A stretch of DNA of 52,744 nucleotides, the filler included, from Basidioascus undulatus (taxonomy: Eukaryota), in assembly GCA_000826855.1 (NCBI GenBank). It is 3 parts of 3 records of this genome, joined end to end, with 100 filler letters (N's around TTAATTAATTAA, not from the genome) between each part and the next. Parts side by side here need not be neighbours in the genome. Positions count along the whole stretch, not along the records: positions 1 to 17,545 come from JTLS01000529.1; 2 more parts are not named here. One strand, given 5' to 3'. Positions 1-12,085 of the stretch are shown one piece after another; the stretch's first letter is position 1; every line of letters begins with the position of its first letter. The notes under the pieces are model-generated. The model saw only the letters and a list, made by a program, of their open reading frames with translations, ran no database searches and was not told where the DNA came from. A program made the position numbers and the translations under genes.

Positions 1-1410
1 CAGGCACGTCCAGGGCGGCTGTTGGGGCTGGGGACGATTGGACGGCGGGCCGTCGCTCGCCGGCCGCTTCGGCGGGCGGGCGGGCGGAGAAATGAACGTA
101 TCCCGATGTGTACGCAGAATTAGCACACTGAAAAAGACGTTGTGAGAAGGGAAGTAGAGAAAAAGAGAAGAGGGGCGCTCACAATAACGCAGAGGAGAGT
201 GCGCCCTTTGCGCAGCGTCGACGCACAGCGAGTCGCTAGAACCGGGTGGACTGTTCAAGACTCAGGGTTTCAGTCATCCGAAAGTCTCTCAAACGGCAAA
301 AAACTTACATGTCATTTCCACTACATTTACTCTGATAGCCGCTGGCAATCGTGACGACAGCGACGCGCCCCTCCTTTGAGAACACGGGCGGTGCGCCCTG
401 CCATCTGGCTGTTTCTGCCTTCGTCCGTATGCGCGCGGCCGTCAGTATCGAAGAATTGGCAAGGTCTGGTTGGCTTTTTGAAGAGAGAAGGGCGGCCCAG
501 GCGTCGGGAACTGCGCAGAGGAAAGCCAGTTGAGTGGGCGCAATAGGACAGAGGTAACAAGACGAAGGGGGTTACCGTTGAACTCGGTTGTTCTACGTGC
601 TGTTGTGTGGGAGAAAGCTCAGACCGACGGACGGTGTAAGGTTGGAACGAGGAAATCGCGCACGAGCATTCAACAACCCTACGGCTTCCCCCAATTTCTT
701 CTTACCCCACCGCTTCTCCTCCTCCTCAAGCTTGTCCAAGCCCCGTGACATCCGGGAAACTGTTCCTCAATCCCGCCCCAAAGTCTCCATGCACCCCCAA
801 TAACGCCAACCATGCCATTTCGCGCACTTTGTCGTGCAGCGGCTCGCAGAGGTACGTGAGGAGACTCGTCGTCGCTATCGGTTCGGACATGCAGGCGCTC
901 AGGACGTGCGCGCCGTGGGGCAAGTAGGCGGAATAGTGGTGGTCGGTGATGAGAGTCTCTATTTCCGGCGAGTCGATCGGCGGGCCGGGGCGCGAGCCCT
1001 GATCGAAGACGAAAGCGGGAGGAGGAGAGGGCAGCGCGCTGCTCGGGAGCGTGGATGTTGGAGCCTTTCGGAATGAAGTGAATTGATACGTGGGTTTCGG
1101 GGAGGCCGAGATGCAGGAGAGTGCGATAGAGGATGAGAGCGGAAGAGAGGCCGTCGGCGTCTTTGTCGGGGACGAGGAGCGCTGTAGTCGTGCGAATACG
1201 AAGACGTGATGGTGAGCAAACGGTCCAACGGCAGTTATTCTGTAGGAATCTCACCTTTGTGCGATCCGGCGACACTGATGCTCGTAGCGCTGTGAGCAGA
1301 AGGTTGGAAGGCTGGAGTGAACATCGTCCAGCAAACGGTCTTGTTCCCGACGGCGGGGCGGCCAGTATTTTTGATTCCTTGAGAGCTGGTCTCTGTAATT
1401 TTTGGCATGC
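1..1410 (-). pseudogene. DHH-family (RecJ-like) phosphoesterase, frameshifted; 3' end runs off the window
   Basis: Spliced reading gives LVPDKDADGLSS (motif I), FVFDQGSRPG, LITDHHYS (DHH motif, about 925-955), LLNA|PRRT, SGYQ|IHPVLATR and CANSAY..VHFSAR. These segments need frameshifts at about 1020 and about 742 (GGGG run). The start position is approximate. Confidence 0.75.
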
Positions 1411-1976
1411 ATGATACCACACAGCATTCCCTTGCCTCCCGCCGGTCGCCTGTTCTTCTGCGGCTGCCTCTGCCTCCGCCACACCTGCTTCAGGCCTATT
1501 GCCAGTGAAAGAGCGAGCACTTTGAAATGGATATCACCAGCAGCCGCGAAGCAGGCATCCGCGCGTTTAATGTAAAATCGGGGTGATCCGTAGAAGCGTT
1601 GGGTCAGTACACGTGAGCGTTGTCGAGCCTCCGCTCTGTCGAAGAGCAGGCGCCGCCCTCCTCAATCAGATGCTGTGGGCTCCTTGTACGGTAGTCATCA
1701 TGGTTTCGGACCGAAGCAAGTTCCTCATGCTCGCTCAAGCTTCGTGTTGCGCAAGTTCAGCGATCGAGGTCGCTCCCGGGGGGGCGTGTTGCCGTATATA
1801 CATTTCGTTATGCTTTCCATCCATCAAGAACGAACCATATAACCCAGTGTGCCTACCCAAAGGGCTTTTGTCGTTAACCTCCCCCCAAAAAACTACGTTC
1901 CGTCCTCCCCTCCCCTTTCTCCTGCGAACTTTCTTTCTTTGCTTGAAGCTGATCTGTGGGGTGTGTGTGGAAACAG

Positions 1977-2845
1977 GTGACGATGCGCCGCAGCGTGCGG
2001 GGACAGCTTGGCGCGAGCGCCGGCGCGGATGGCGAGGAGCTGGACGAGAACTTCTGGGCAGGCGCTGCGGCTGGGGGCGCGGACGGGGGCGAGTTTGATG
2101 ATTTCGATGACGGTGCGTCTTCGCCGCCGCTTCTAGCTAAGAGGCTCGAAGCCATCAACAAAGCTAACTTGATCTTTCTCTCTAGGTGGCGCGCCCATGC
2201 CATTCGACACGCAGTTCTTCCATGACGACGATGGCCCCTCTGGCGCAGACGTGTTCGACGACGTCGGCGCGCCCGTGGAGGAGCTCGACGAGGACGCGGC
2301 GCTCGCGGCGACGCAGCTCGAGACCCTCAAGCGCGTGCGGCCCGAGTACGTCAACTACTCGAAGAAGGCCAAGCGCGTGGACGTGCGCCGCTTGAAGGAC
2401 AACATCTGGAAGGGCCTTGCGATCCCCGAGGACAAGGAAGATCAGGAGGATGAGGACGCAGAAGACGTGCGTTTCTTTTCCTCCTCAACAGTTCGACTCT
2501 TGCGCAGTTGGCTGATGTGTGGTGGTTGGTGGTTGGTGGACCCAGCCGACCCTCGGCTCGTCCGCCGCCGCCCCCAAGCCGTTCTCGAACGTCATTACGG
2601 ACCTCAAGGCGGCGTACCCGCCCGAGAAGATGGACGAGCTCTCGACGTCGTTCTGCTTCATCTGCCTGCTCCACCTCGCGAACGAGCACGGGCTCGAGAT
2701 TGCCAAGGACGCGGCGGTGCAGGCCCTCGAAGCGGCGCAGGAGGACGAGGCAGAGGACGACGAGATGGACACGGTCGAGGCGTGGAAGGTCGGCGGGCTC
2801 GACCAGCTCAGCGTGTGGAAGACGGGCGTGGCGGGCGCGTCGTGA
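1977..2845 (+). pseudogene. BRN1: Condensin kleisin subunit (Brn1/Cnd2/CAP-H), C-terminal part only
   Basis: Exons about 1977-2112, 2186-2466 and 2546-2845 encode ELDENFWA, VRPEYVNYSKKAKRVDVRRLKDNIWKGL and ELSTSFCFICLLHLANEHGLEI, the barren/Cnd2 C-terminus. There is no room upstream for the several hundred N-terminal residues before the DHH gene. Confidence 0.8.
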
Positions 2846-3682
2846 GGGACTCGAGACTTGGGTGCTTTGTTGGGACTTGCACTTTCCTTTTCCTTCGAAT
2901 AATTCTTCACTCGCTTCACTCGCTTCGTTCCCTTCCTTCCTTCGCAAAATCTGCGGGACTTCCTTTCTGTAGCGGCCGGATAGTTGTATCGTGTCGCTGT
3001 TGCGGTCCTTGCTTTGTTCCCATCTTTCGATTTCCTACTTGCTCTGTTTCGAACTTGTTGAGATAATGTTGATTGGTTACGCTTGGCGTCGAAGTTGCTC
3101 TGAAGGCAATGGCTGGGCGAACGAGGCGCCAGAAAACGTCGTTTCGCTCAGCCTGTCCGACAGCCAAGCCCCATTCCCTACCACTCGTCGTGTTAGTATG
3201 AAATGGGCTTACGTCTGTCAGATACCCCTCGTCCTTACGACTAAAGGCTGCTTTTTCTCGTCTACAAGTTGAGATGGTCACGAAGCCACGCAATGTACCC
3301 GGCACACAACCTGGGCGCACTCGGTCCGAGCCCACCGGAATCTCCAGTGCTATGCAATATTAAATACTGACCATTACATTGCCAATAGTCGTTTACTTCT
3401 AATCTTGAGTGGAGCGAGAGGCGGTATACTGAAAGGCTCTGACAGCAGTTGGCCTGTCAGATTCTTGCCCGAACAGCTCGGACCGAACTGTCATCTGCGT
3501 CATCATCGGCCAGAAATTTCGGGCAGCGGAGAAGACGCGTCTTGCCTTCCTCCTCCATCTCTTTCACCTCACCCGCTCGCAGTACATCTCCAGCACGCGT
3601 ATTGAGGCGCAATAAGCAATAACCTACATATTCGCAATTTTTAGACTCCCAGCTCCCACTACTCCCCCTCTGCTAGCCCAAG

Positions 3683-5412
3683 ATGGAGGACCAGCTCGTC
3701 GAGCTCCTGCCCTTCCTGCACGACCGCAACCCCTCCGTGCGGCAGATCGCGCTCCAGAACCTCGTCGGGCACAGCTCGGCGACGTCTCCCATGCGCAAGA
3801 TCTTTGAGCGGGAGGGTGTCATCCGGGACCTGAAGTTGCTGGCGCGGGATCAGCCTGTGCGTCGTCTTCCTCCTCAGTCTCCCCTTCCCCCAGCATACGG
3901 AAGACGGGGAAGGGAGCGATAGAACGCTGAAGGTCTCCGAGGTTGACTTCAGATGATAGCACACGACGCCTTCTCGGCGCTGATCAACCTCTCCTCCTCG
4001 ACCCTGCACTCGTCCTCCATCTCCTCGCCCGACTTCCTCCTCTTCCTCGTATCCTACATCATCAACCCCTCCTCCACGCTCTCCGACCTCGCCACCATGC
4101 TCCTCTCCAACCTCTCCAAGCTCCCCACCGTTGCCAACGCGCTCCTCGCCCTCTCCATCCCCGTCGTCCTCACCGAGGGGATGGACCCCGTGTGGGTCGG
4201 CGCGCGCAGCGGGTCGGCGGTCCTCGGCGTCCAACGACCGGGCAAGGGAGAGGAACGCATGGTCCGCGCTATGCCCTGCCTGGTAGAGGCTTTTGTGCAG
4301 GGCGCGGCGGCGCCGGAGAAGGCGGAGGAGGCTGAGGGGAAGGAGGTCAAGCGGAAGGGAACGTGTCATTTCCTGGCGTCTGTCTTTGCCAACATCACCG
4401 CCGTGCGTCCCATCCGCTTCCATCCCCATCTGGACAGACCTCATTCAAACGCCTCCACTTTCCTCAGACTCCTGCCGGGCGAGAATACTTTACGACCCCC
4501 TCCCCAACCTACGCGCCCCTGATCAACCCCTCCTCCACCGAAGGCCCCGACTACCCGCTCCGCCAGCTCCTCATCTTCACCGACCACGCCAACACAATCC
4601 GCCGCGGGGGCGTGACGTCCACTATCAAGTGCGGTCCCTTCCTCTGCGCTGTGCATCCTCGTCTGCTTTTCTCCGACACTCATGTGCCGTATTTTCAGGA
4701 ACGCGGCCTTCCACAAGCCCTCGCACCGCGCACTGCTAGCCGAGGAAGACAAGACGGTCGGCGGCGCGCCGGGACTGAACATTCTTCCCTCGCTGCTCTA
4801 TCCGCTCTGTGGGCCGGAAGAGTTCGACCTGGATGTGCGTTGGCCTTCCCGTTCTCCCTCCTCCCCCTTCCCCTCCTACTCCCCCTACTCCCCCTACTCC
4901 TCCTTCCCCCTCGTGCTTCCCGTGCCAGCCCAAGCTGACATACGACCGAACACCCACAGGACCAAGACGCGCTCCCCGCAAACTGCCAGTTCCTGCCCTC
5001 CACGAAGGTGCGCGAGCCGGACGCCGCGCTCCGCCTCACGCACGTCGAGACGCTCGTCTTGCTCTGCACGACCCTCGCTGGGCGCGAGACGCTCCGGAAG
5101 AACGGGACGTACACGGTGATCAAGGCTATGCATGCGGCGGAGAAGGACGAGAAGGGTGCGCTGCCTTTTCCTTTTCCTTTTTTCTTTTCCTTTTTTCTGA
5201 TGGGCTGTGACTTGCGCGTCAGTCGGGGACGAGGTCATCAAGCTCGTGAACTTGATCATGCGCGAGGAGGGGGACGAGTACGTCTTCCCGTTCATCCGTT
5301 TTCATCGACTGTCCGCTGATTTGCGTTTTGTTCCCGCAGGACCAAGGTGGAGGAGCTAGACGCGCAGGAAACGACGGAGGTGGATGAGGACATGGTGCTG
5401 GAGGAGGTCTGA
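3683..5412 (+). CDS. HGH1: Hgh1/FAM203 eEF2 chaperone (multi-exon)
   Basis: MEDQLVELLPFLHDRNPSVRQIAL, HFLASVFANIT, IRRGGVTSTIK|NAAF, LCGPEEFDLD, REPDAALRLTHVETLVLLCTT and an acidic C-terminus ending EEV*. Canonical GT-AG introns. Confidence 0.92.
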
Positions 5413-5639
5413 GTGCGACGATGGGTGGATCCAGGGACGGACAGCACATTTCTATGCGTTCGGATGAGTATCGCTTAGGACTGAGTCTTGGATGAGCTCG
5501 GTCTGGCAAGGACTTGTCCAAGTCCAGGATTGAGACTAACACGGGCAATGAGAGCTGTCTGCTTGCCAGTTGCAGAACTGCAACACCTTGTAACTTGCGT
5601 TAAATATCTAGTCAATTCCGTCCACATCCGCAGATTCAC

Positions 5640-6200
5640 ATCCTCATTCCTGATCACTCTCCTGGTCCACCCCGCTTCCATCCGTGTCCTCCTGCTCATC
5701 CCCACCCTCATGCGCCTCCTCTGAGTCAACCAAGTCCTCATCGTCCTCACCATCGTCGTCCTCCCCCCTCTTTCCGCTTCCTTTCCTCTTCCCTCCCTCC
5801 TCCTCCTCATCGCTGAACTCCGCCCAGCTCGCCCCAAAAGCCCTCTGCTTGATCCTCCTCAGTGCGCGCTCCTCCTCCTAGGGCGCAAACGTCTCCCAGC
5901 ACGAGCTGTACGCCTTCTCGCGGCGCGCCCATCTCGCGGCGCGCCCATCTCGCGGATGCGCGATTTCGCCTTGTCCAGCTACGTATCGACACGGAAGTCA
6001 GTTTTGAGGGCTCAACTTTGGCTTAGCAGGGAAGGGAGGGTCCTCACATCTTGCATTTTGCGATGCGAGACCTCTTTGTCCTCCATGAAAGCGACGAGCA
6101 TCCCCCGCCAATCGACCGAAATCCAGCTTGGCCCAGTCCGCCTCGAAGCCCGGCAAGTACGTGTCGTTGACCATCCGTCGGATCTGCAAGCGCGATTCCT
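5640..6200 (-). pseudogene. Degenerate hypothetical gene with acidic C-terminus
   Basis: Coding-like segments (VNDTYLPGFEADWAKLDFG; LDKAKSRIRE; RALRRIKQRAFGASWAEFSDEEEE...) separated by an intron at about 5979-6046. In-frame TAG at about 5878 and a frame-breaking 16-bp tandem duplication. Confidence 0.5.
5921..5955. repeat. 16-bp tandem duplication (CGGCGCGCCCATCTCG)x2
   Basis: Read directly from the sequence. Confidence 0.9.
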
Positions 6201-6631
6201 CCGATAGTCCTTCCTGAACAAATCAAATTAGCTGAGCCTATGTAAGAAAGGTCGAAGAACAAGAAGATTATTTTTTAGAGCGCGTACGAACTGCCTGGAC
6301 GGTAGTTAGTTGCCAATCCGCAGTCCGCCGGTAGCGAGCACTGGCAGCATCATTCTGCTCTAGATCCCAGTCAGCTAGCCGTACTTAACGTACTGAAATT
6401 TTCGCAGAAAATTCCGAACTAGAATGTGGGCAAGGCCATTAGATTTCTTCCAAGGGTCAAAGTGCGAAAGCGGCTGTGTGCAGGTAGCCTCTCAACTGCA
6501 CCGATGTATGCCTCGTTCACCTCAGACTGCAACATAAATTAGGTCTATCCCAGACGCTTGCTATGATAAGCTAACATTGAACAGTGTTCCAGAGAGAGGC
6601 TGAGCCTTTCTGTGGATTCGGGACAGATTGA

Positions 6632-6663
6632 GGTCGTCCTTTGGGTTGGTCGTCCTTTGGGTT
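6632..6663. repeat. 16-bp tandem duplication (GGTCGTCCTTTGGGTT)x2
   Basis: Read directly from the sequence. Confidence 0.9.
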
Positions 6664-7282
6664 TGTGACTGTAGAAGACCTTTCAAGCGGGATGGTGGAA
6701 GGTTTCCCTATGACCACTTGAAATTACAGATCCCTTTGTGTACTGCAGTACGAGAAAATGCTCTGTGGGTGTTCTTTTGGTCTGCACTTTACCAGTATAT
6801 TTTCACTACGCAAACCTGCAAAGCGACAGCTGCGAGCATCCGCATGGTCCTTTGGGACCAGGAAACCCCTAGCCTCAGCACTGCGTCCAAATCGTACTTC
6901 GTATACATTGACCTTGCATTTCAGTATTGCGAAGTTAAGAACATGCATACGCGTGGTCCTGCTGCGCGCGACCATATGCTCCTCAAAGCCGTGATGATCG
7001 CACATGGGACCACACCCACTGCTCTACACGTTGCCCTTACTACAAGTCATACATCCCGGAGTACACCTTTGCGGCCTCATCGCCAAGGCCTTCTCCTGCG
7101 GTAAAGCATGCGACTATTCTCGTCACAGCAAGTGACTGACGATCGTACCATGCGGCACCTCTTGTGCCTGGCACTGCGGTCAGAGGACATATAAGACGGC
7201 CTGTGGCGGCTCGTCCTGGTACTCAACTCCATCACACTGATCTTCCAAAATTCTATACACCCACTCACCGCAACGACTTACC

Positions 7283-7527
7283 ATGCGCTTCTCTCTCGCG
7301 TCCGCCGCCGTCGTTCTGGCTACACAACCGCCTCCGCCGTGGCAGCGACCTGCTCCCTCGAGCTCATCTCCAGCGTCGGCAGCGGCGTCGGCGTCAGGAA
7401 GCGCTCTACGGAGCACGTCCACCCCCGCCAGTTTGCCAACATGATGTCGATCACCGTGCGCGCCAAGGTTTTCGGCCCCGAGGGCGAGGAGATCGGATCC
7501 AACAACGGCTTCGGCGCACTGGCCTGA
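7283..7527 (+). pseudogene. Small secreted-protein-like remnant (signal peptide plus KR site), frameshifted
   Basis: ATG at 7283 gives MRFSLASAAVVLA. After a frameshift at about 7325 it reads TASAVAATCSLELISSVGSGVGVRKRSTEHVHPRQFANMMSITVRAKVFGPEGEEIGSNNGFGALA*. Confidence 0.4.
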
Positions 7528-8476
7528 AAGAGGTCTGCGTCTCGGCAGAAGAGTTGCTCCAGCTTGACAGCAGAAATACTGCGCCTTGTGAAAGGCTATG
7601 CCGAAACTCTTCATAATAGAAGCTACTCCTTACGTCCGTCCATAGACTTCCATCTGTTAAGCTTGGGGAAGTCTCACTTTTTTCTGTAGCCAGGCTGCAC
7701 TCCGGAGGTCTCAGCAGCAGATTTCTCGATTGGCCATTAACAGGATTGAAGCGCAATCACCGCACGAGCTTTTTGCACGACAGTTATGTAAATAATTCAA
7801 ATAATCTGGGCCTCGTCAACATTTTAGATAAGTTCTTCTAGTACCGGCTGGTCTTCCTGCGGTGTAACTGCATGAGCAGTCCGATTTCGATGTCAGCGCA
7901 AATCGTCTTTACTCCAGTAGCTTTCTTTGAATTGCAGCCTTCTTTTATTTTCATACAGAACAAGAGCAGCTGGGAAACTGCAACTTTGGCAATTTTGAAG
8001 CGGTTCTCTTAACTTTCACCCTCCACAACTCCCACGCACGGGACTTCCCGACCTCAAGATGAAGCCGCCGGGTGCCGCAGCGGGCCTTGACATTTGACCG
8101 TCATTGCCGTCTCAGCTCACACCGTCCGCACACGCCTTACAAACCGTCTGTGGTTTGAGCGGGAGATGCATTGGCGTGTTTAGGCTTTACGGTGAGTCGG
8201 ATGATCGAGGAGGCGGAAGACGGAAGTCGAGGCGAAGCTGATTCGGTGGACTACTAACTCTGGCGGTTGAAGTAGGTTACTTGATCTGCTGAAGCGGCGT
8301 TTTGTTGGATAATTCCGTTGGCGATTGTACATCTGCAAAGGTAAGCCGTCTTCAGAGCTCCATGCGGCTGTGATGAGACGGAGAGGCCGGCGAAGGACTG
8401 AGCGGTGCCGTGGATGGGAATCCGCCTCAGCCCCGCCGTCTTCCCTTGTCTTCCTGCTCCACCTCCTCAGCGCATC

Positions 8477-10097
8477 ATGTCGCGCTACAACCATACCACC
8501 TCCGTATCATCCTCTACTTCGTCGGGGTCCGTCTCCTCCCGACCTCGGGTCCCAAACGCCGCCAATGGTCTTCCTCCGCGCCCATCCATCTCCTCCCAAC
8601 ACTCCGCGCGCCCCTCCTTCGACGACGCGAGCAGTACCGCCAGTGCCAGCAGCAGGAATCAGCAGGTCCCACCCTTTCCCGGCGCGCAGCCGTATACTCC
8701 GCCGTCTCAGCATCAGCAGGATCATGCGCGGACGCCTGGGCGCAGCGGGAGCGGGGGAAGCGGGAGCGGGAGGCACAGGAACCCGGCGGTACGGATCTAT
8801 TCTCGGGGGCTGCAATGGGAGAGCTGCAGGAAGGGGGGACTAACCATGAGGGTGGGTCAGGCCACGCACATGGAGTCGAGCGTGACCAGGCTGCTCGTCG
8901 CGACCAAGCAGCTCCTCGAAGCGCTCAACATGTGGGGACAGGGCAAGATGTCCGAGGTCGGCGTGTCGGACGTATACGTCAAGCTCGGGAACGACTTCAA
9001 CGCGGCGGTCGCTGCGTTCGGGGCAGTGCGGATCGACATGTCGTGCGTCACCTCGCCTTGCCTAAACCCTCTGCCCGCATCGCGTTTCGATCGCTCACTA
9101 GGAGGACGTTTGGGTAATCTTAGCGAGCTCATGTCCGTCCCCGACGACCTCCGCGTACACCTCGAGAGCGCGCTCAGCGAGCCGCCATCCACCAAAGTCG
9201 TGGACGACTACCTCCCCCCGATCCGAGCGATCATCATCCGGCTCCTCCAGGGGTTGAAGGACAAACAAGCGCAATGGCGCCGGCATCTGGCGGAGGAGAA
9301 GCGGCGCGAGCGCGAGCGCGGTGCGACAAGCGAGGCGCTCTCTGCGCGCCGGCAGCAGCTTCCGCCGCGCTCGACCACGCCTACTCCGAGAGGCGACGAG
9401 TTCAGCCCGCCGACGACCGCTGTACCCGAGCAGCACCGGTATCAGCTTTCGGAGGGGAGGAGCCCGAGCGCCGTCCCTCCGCCGCGGATGCCCAGTCCCG
9501 TCCCACCCGCTACCGTCCCGACAAGGGCCATGTCTCCCCAGCCGCCCCCTGTCCCATCTACCACATCGTCCCCCTCCCCGCGCCCGATGTCCCCTCCACC
9601 ACGCCGCGTGAAGTCGCCCACGCCCGCGCAGCCCCCTACAGCTGCACAACACTTTGCTCCTCCTCCCCCGCCAGTCGACCGGTCCCTCCAAGCGCTGAAG
9701 AAGTCGGACGCACTCGAGCGCCGCGCGTCCAAGCGCTTCTCCACCTACACCATGGGTAAGATGACGGGCTCCTCGTCTGCGGTGGGGCTGGGAATCTCCA
9801 CTGGGGGTGCCGGCGCAGCCGCGGCGGAAGGTGGTGGCGGATCGGGTGCGGCGAGACGCACGAGCCGCGCGTTCAGGAGCGATCGGAGCGCACCGCCCGT
9901 GCCCAGCGTCCCTGCGCTCCCCCCCGGGACGGTTAAGCATTCCCCCAAGATCGAGGTTCGCGCGAGCCCAAGGCTTTCCATCGCCCGCGAAGAGCCAGAC
10001 GACTCCCTCTCCCCCACCGACCCACCCTTCGTCCCGCCGGACGGTTCTTCTGACGATGCCGCCATTCCGGCGCCAGCACCCACCATCACCACCACCT

Positions 10098-10128
<31 letters not shown>

Positions 10129-12085
10129 GCAGCCCCCTACCTCCGCTCCCGAAGTTTCCTCCCCCAGCCCGCGCCCTCCCTCCGGCGGTCCCCTCACCGT
10201 CTACCTGACCATCGGGCGGCAGACTAAGAAGGCCTCGATCGAGGACCCGGCGTTACTGACGCTCGCGAGCCTCCGCATGCTCTTCATCGACCGCTTCGCA
10301 TACTCGAGCGGGATGGATGACTTCCCGCTTATCTACCTGCGCGATCCGCGCTCCGGCGTCGAGTACGAGCTGGAGGATACGGGGGACGTGTTCGAGGGAT
10401 GCGTGTTGAGCTTGAACATCGAACGTGAGTCGGGTCGTCGCTCTTCCCCCGGAAGAGTGACTTCGTAGGCTGACAGCTGTTGGAGCAGCCCTCGACCAAG
10501 TCAAGCAGCACTTCGACCTCCAAATCTCCACGCTCTCGCAGGACCTCCGAGACCTCAAGACCGTCATCAGCTCCAACTCGCGCAGAATCTCGCTCTCTCC
10601 GCAAGCGGTCGTCGCGAACGGCGGCGGCAGCCTCGTCCCCTGCGCGGCCGTCTCGCCCGCGCGCCCGACCGAGCGGCAGTTCCAAGCCGCTGCTCAGAAG
10701 CTCAAGATCGACGCCACCGCCGCCGCCGCAGCAGCGAGCAGCGCCGGCGAGGCGGGCGAAGCGGCGGTGCTCTCCCCCTCGCTGAGCGCCGACGCCGGAC
10801 GGATCGTTTCGGACCTCAAAACGCACTTCGACAGCGTGCAGTCGCTGCGGCGGGACCTGGGCGTCATGCGCCAGATCTACGTCGACTTCCTCTCCGAGAC
10901 GAAGGACTCGTTTGCGCGCCTGCGCGCGCAGACGTCCGCGGTGCGCGAGCTCGCCAACACGGAGGTCGGCGGCGCCCGCGCGTACATCGACGAGGGCAAG
11001 GCGCACCTCGACGCACGCAGCCAGGACGTCTTGACCAAGATGGAGGAGATCCAGGACGGCGTGGATGACTTGAAGACGGACGTTATCCAGAGGAGGACCA
11101 AGCCGAGGCCCCAGGTCATGAAGAGCTTGAAAGAGGAGTTTGAGAAGGCGCGCGAGGAGCTCGAGGCGCTTGAGGGGCAGGTCGAGACCGTCAAGCCGAT
11201 GTGGAAGAAGACTTGGGCGGAGGTGAGTGCGCGTGCCTGGCAGCGATTAGGGGCGCGACGGCAGGTGACTGATCCGTGGGGACGGGAACGGACAACAGGA
11301 GCTGCAAAATATCGGTGAGCGCTTCGCATAGGGGCTGCAGGTAGAGCGACAAAGTTCAGCGCTGACGATGTGTGCTGGGCTGTAGTCGACGAGCAAGGCT
11401 TCCTGAACCACCTCGAGAAGCTCGTAGCCGACCTGAAGGAGGACCACAAGTCCTCCCTCGAAGTGTTCACGCAGGTCGAGCAAGTAGCAAGCATGCGCTC
11501 CGTGCCCTCTGCGCGGCCGCACGTGCCCGAGCTGCGCCCGGTCGACCCCGCCGCGGGCGGGATCGACACCGTCTTCCTCGAAATCCGGAACCGCCAGGCG
11601 GACCCGGCGAAGCGGCTTAAGGCGATCGAGATGGCCGAGCGCGCGAGGGAGAAGGAGGTCGGGTCTAAGAAGAAGGACGAGTTTGCGAATGAGCTAGAGG
11701 GCTTCGTTGAGAGGAAGGCACTCAAGAAGACGGGAGGCGTGGACGAGGTCGAGCGGTACGTTGGCATTTGCCGGCTGTCCCGCGTCGTCGTTGCTGACGT
11801 GAGATCCTGTCTGCCGGGATCAGGCTACGACGCAAGAAGGACGAGCTGAACCTCCGCAACGCGCTCGGCGGCGGGGGCGCAACGTCGCCCATCCCCCCGC
11901 CGGCCTCTCCTTCCCCCGCAACTCCCGAGCCTCGCTCTCCAAGCCCTGTCTCGCCCTCGCTCGCAGGCCGACCCGCGTCGCTCGAGTCCGCGCGTGCGAC
12001 AAGCAGCCCTTCTGGGGAGACGGAGCGCGCGCGAGAGGACGACGCCGACGTCGCGCCTCGCGAGGAGGCTGCGTGGGAGGCGTGA
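8477..12085 (+). CDS. BUD6: Bud site selection protein 6 / actin-interacting protein 3 (multi-exon)
   Basis: N-terminal MESSVTRLLVATKQLLEAL..VSDVYVKLGNDFN, ALKKSDALERRASKRFS, AIP3 domain start LTVYLTIGRQTKK..LRMLFIDRFAYS..IYLRDPRSGVEYELED, KPMWKKTWAE|ELQNI|VDEQGFL and LKKTGGVDEVER. Confidence 0.92.
10100..10126 (+). repeat. (GCC)9 microsatellite encoding poly-Ala in BUD6
   Basis: Read directly from the sequence. Confidence 0.9.

Noticed and set aside
4855..4910. C-rich 9-bp repeats (CCCCCTACT) as a CRISPR-like or functional array
   Set aside because: Simple low-complexity repeat within an HGH1 intron; no spacers; eukaryotic context.
9098..11767. Long antisense and alternative-frame ORFs over BUD6 and other genes
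   Set aside because: Expected shadow ORFs in high-GC coding DNA; no recognisable motifs.
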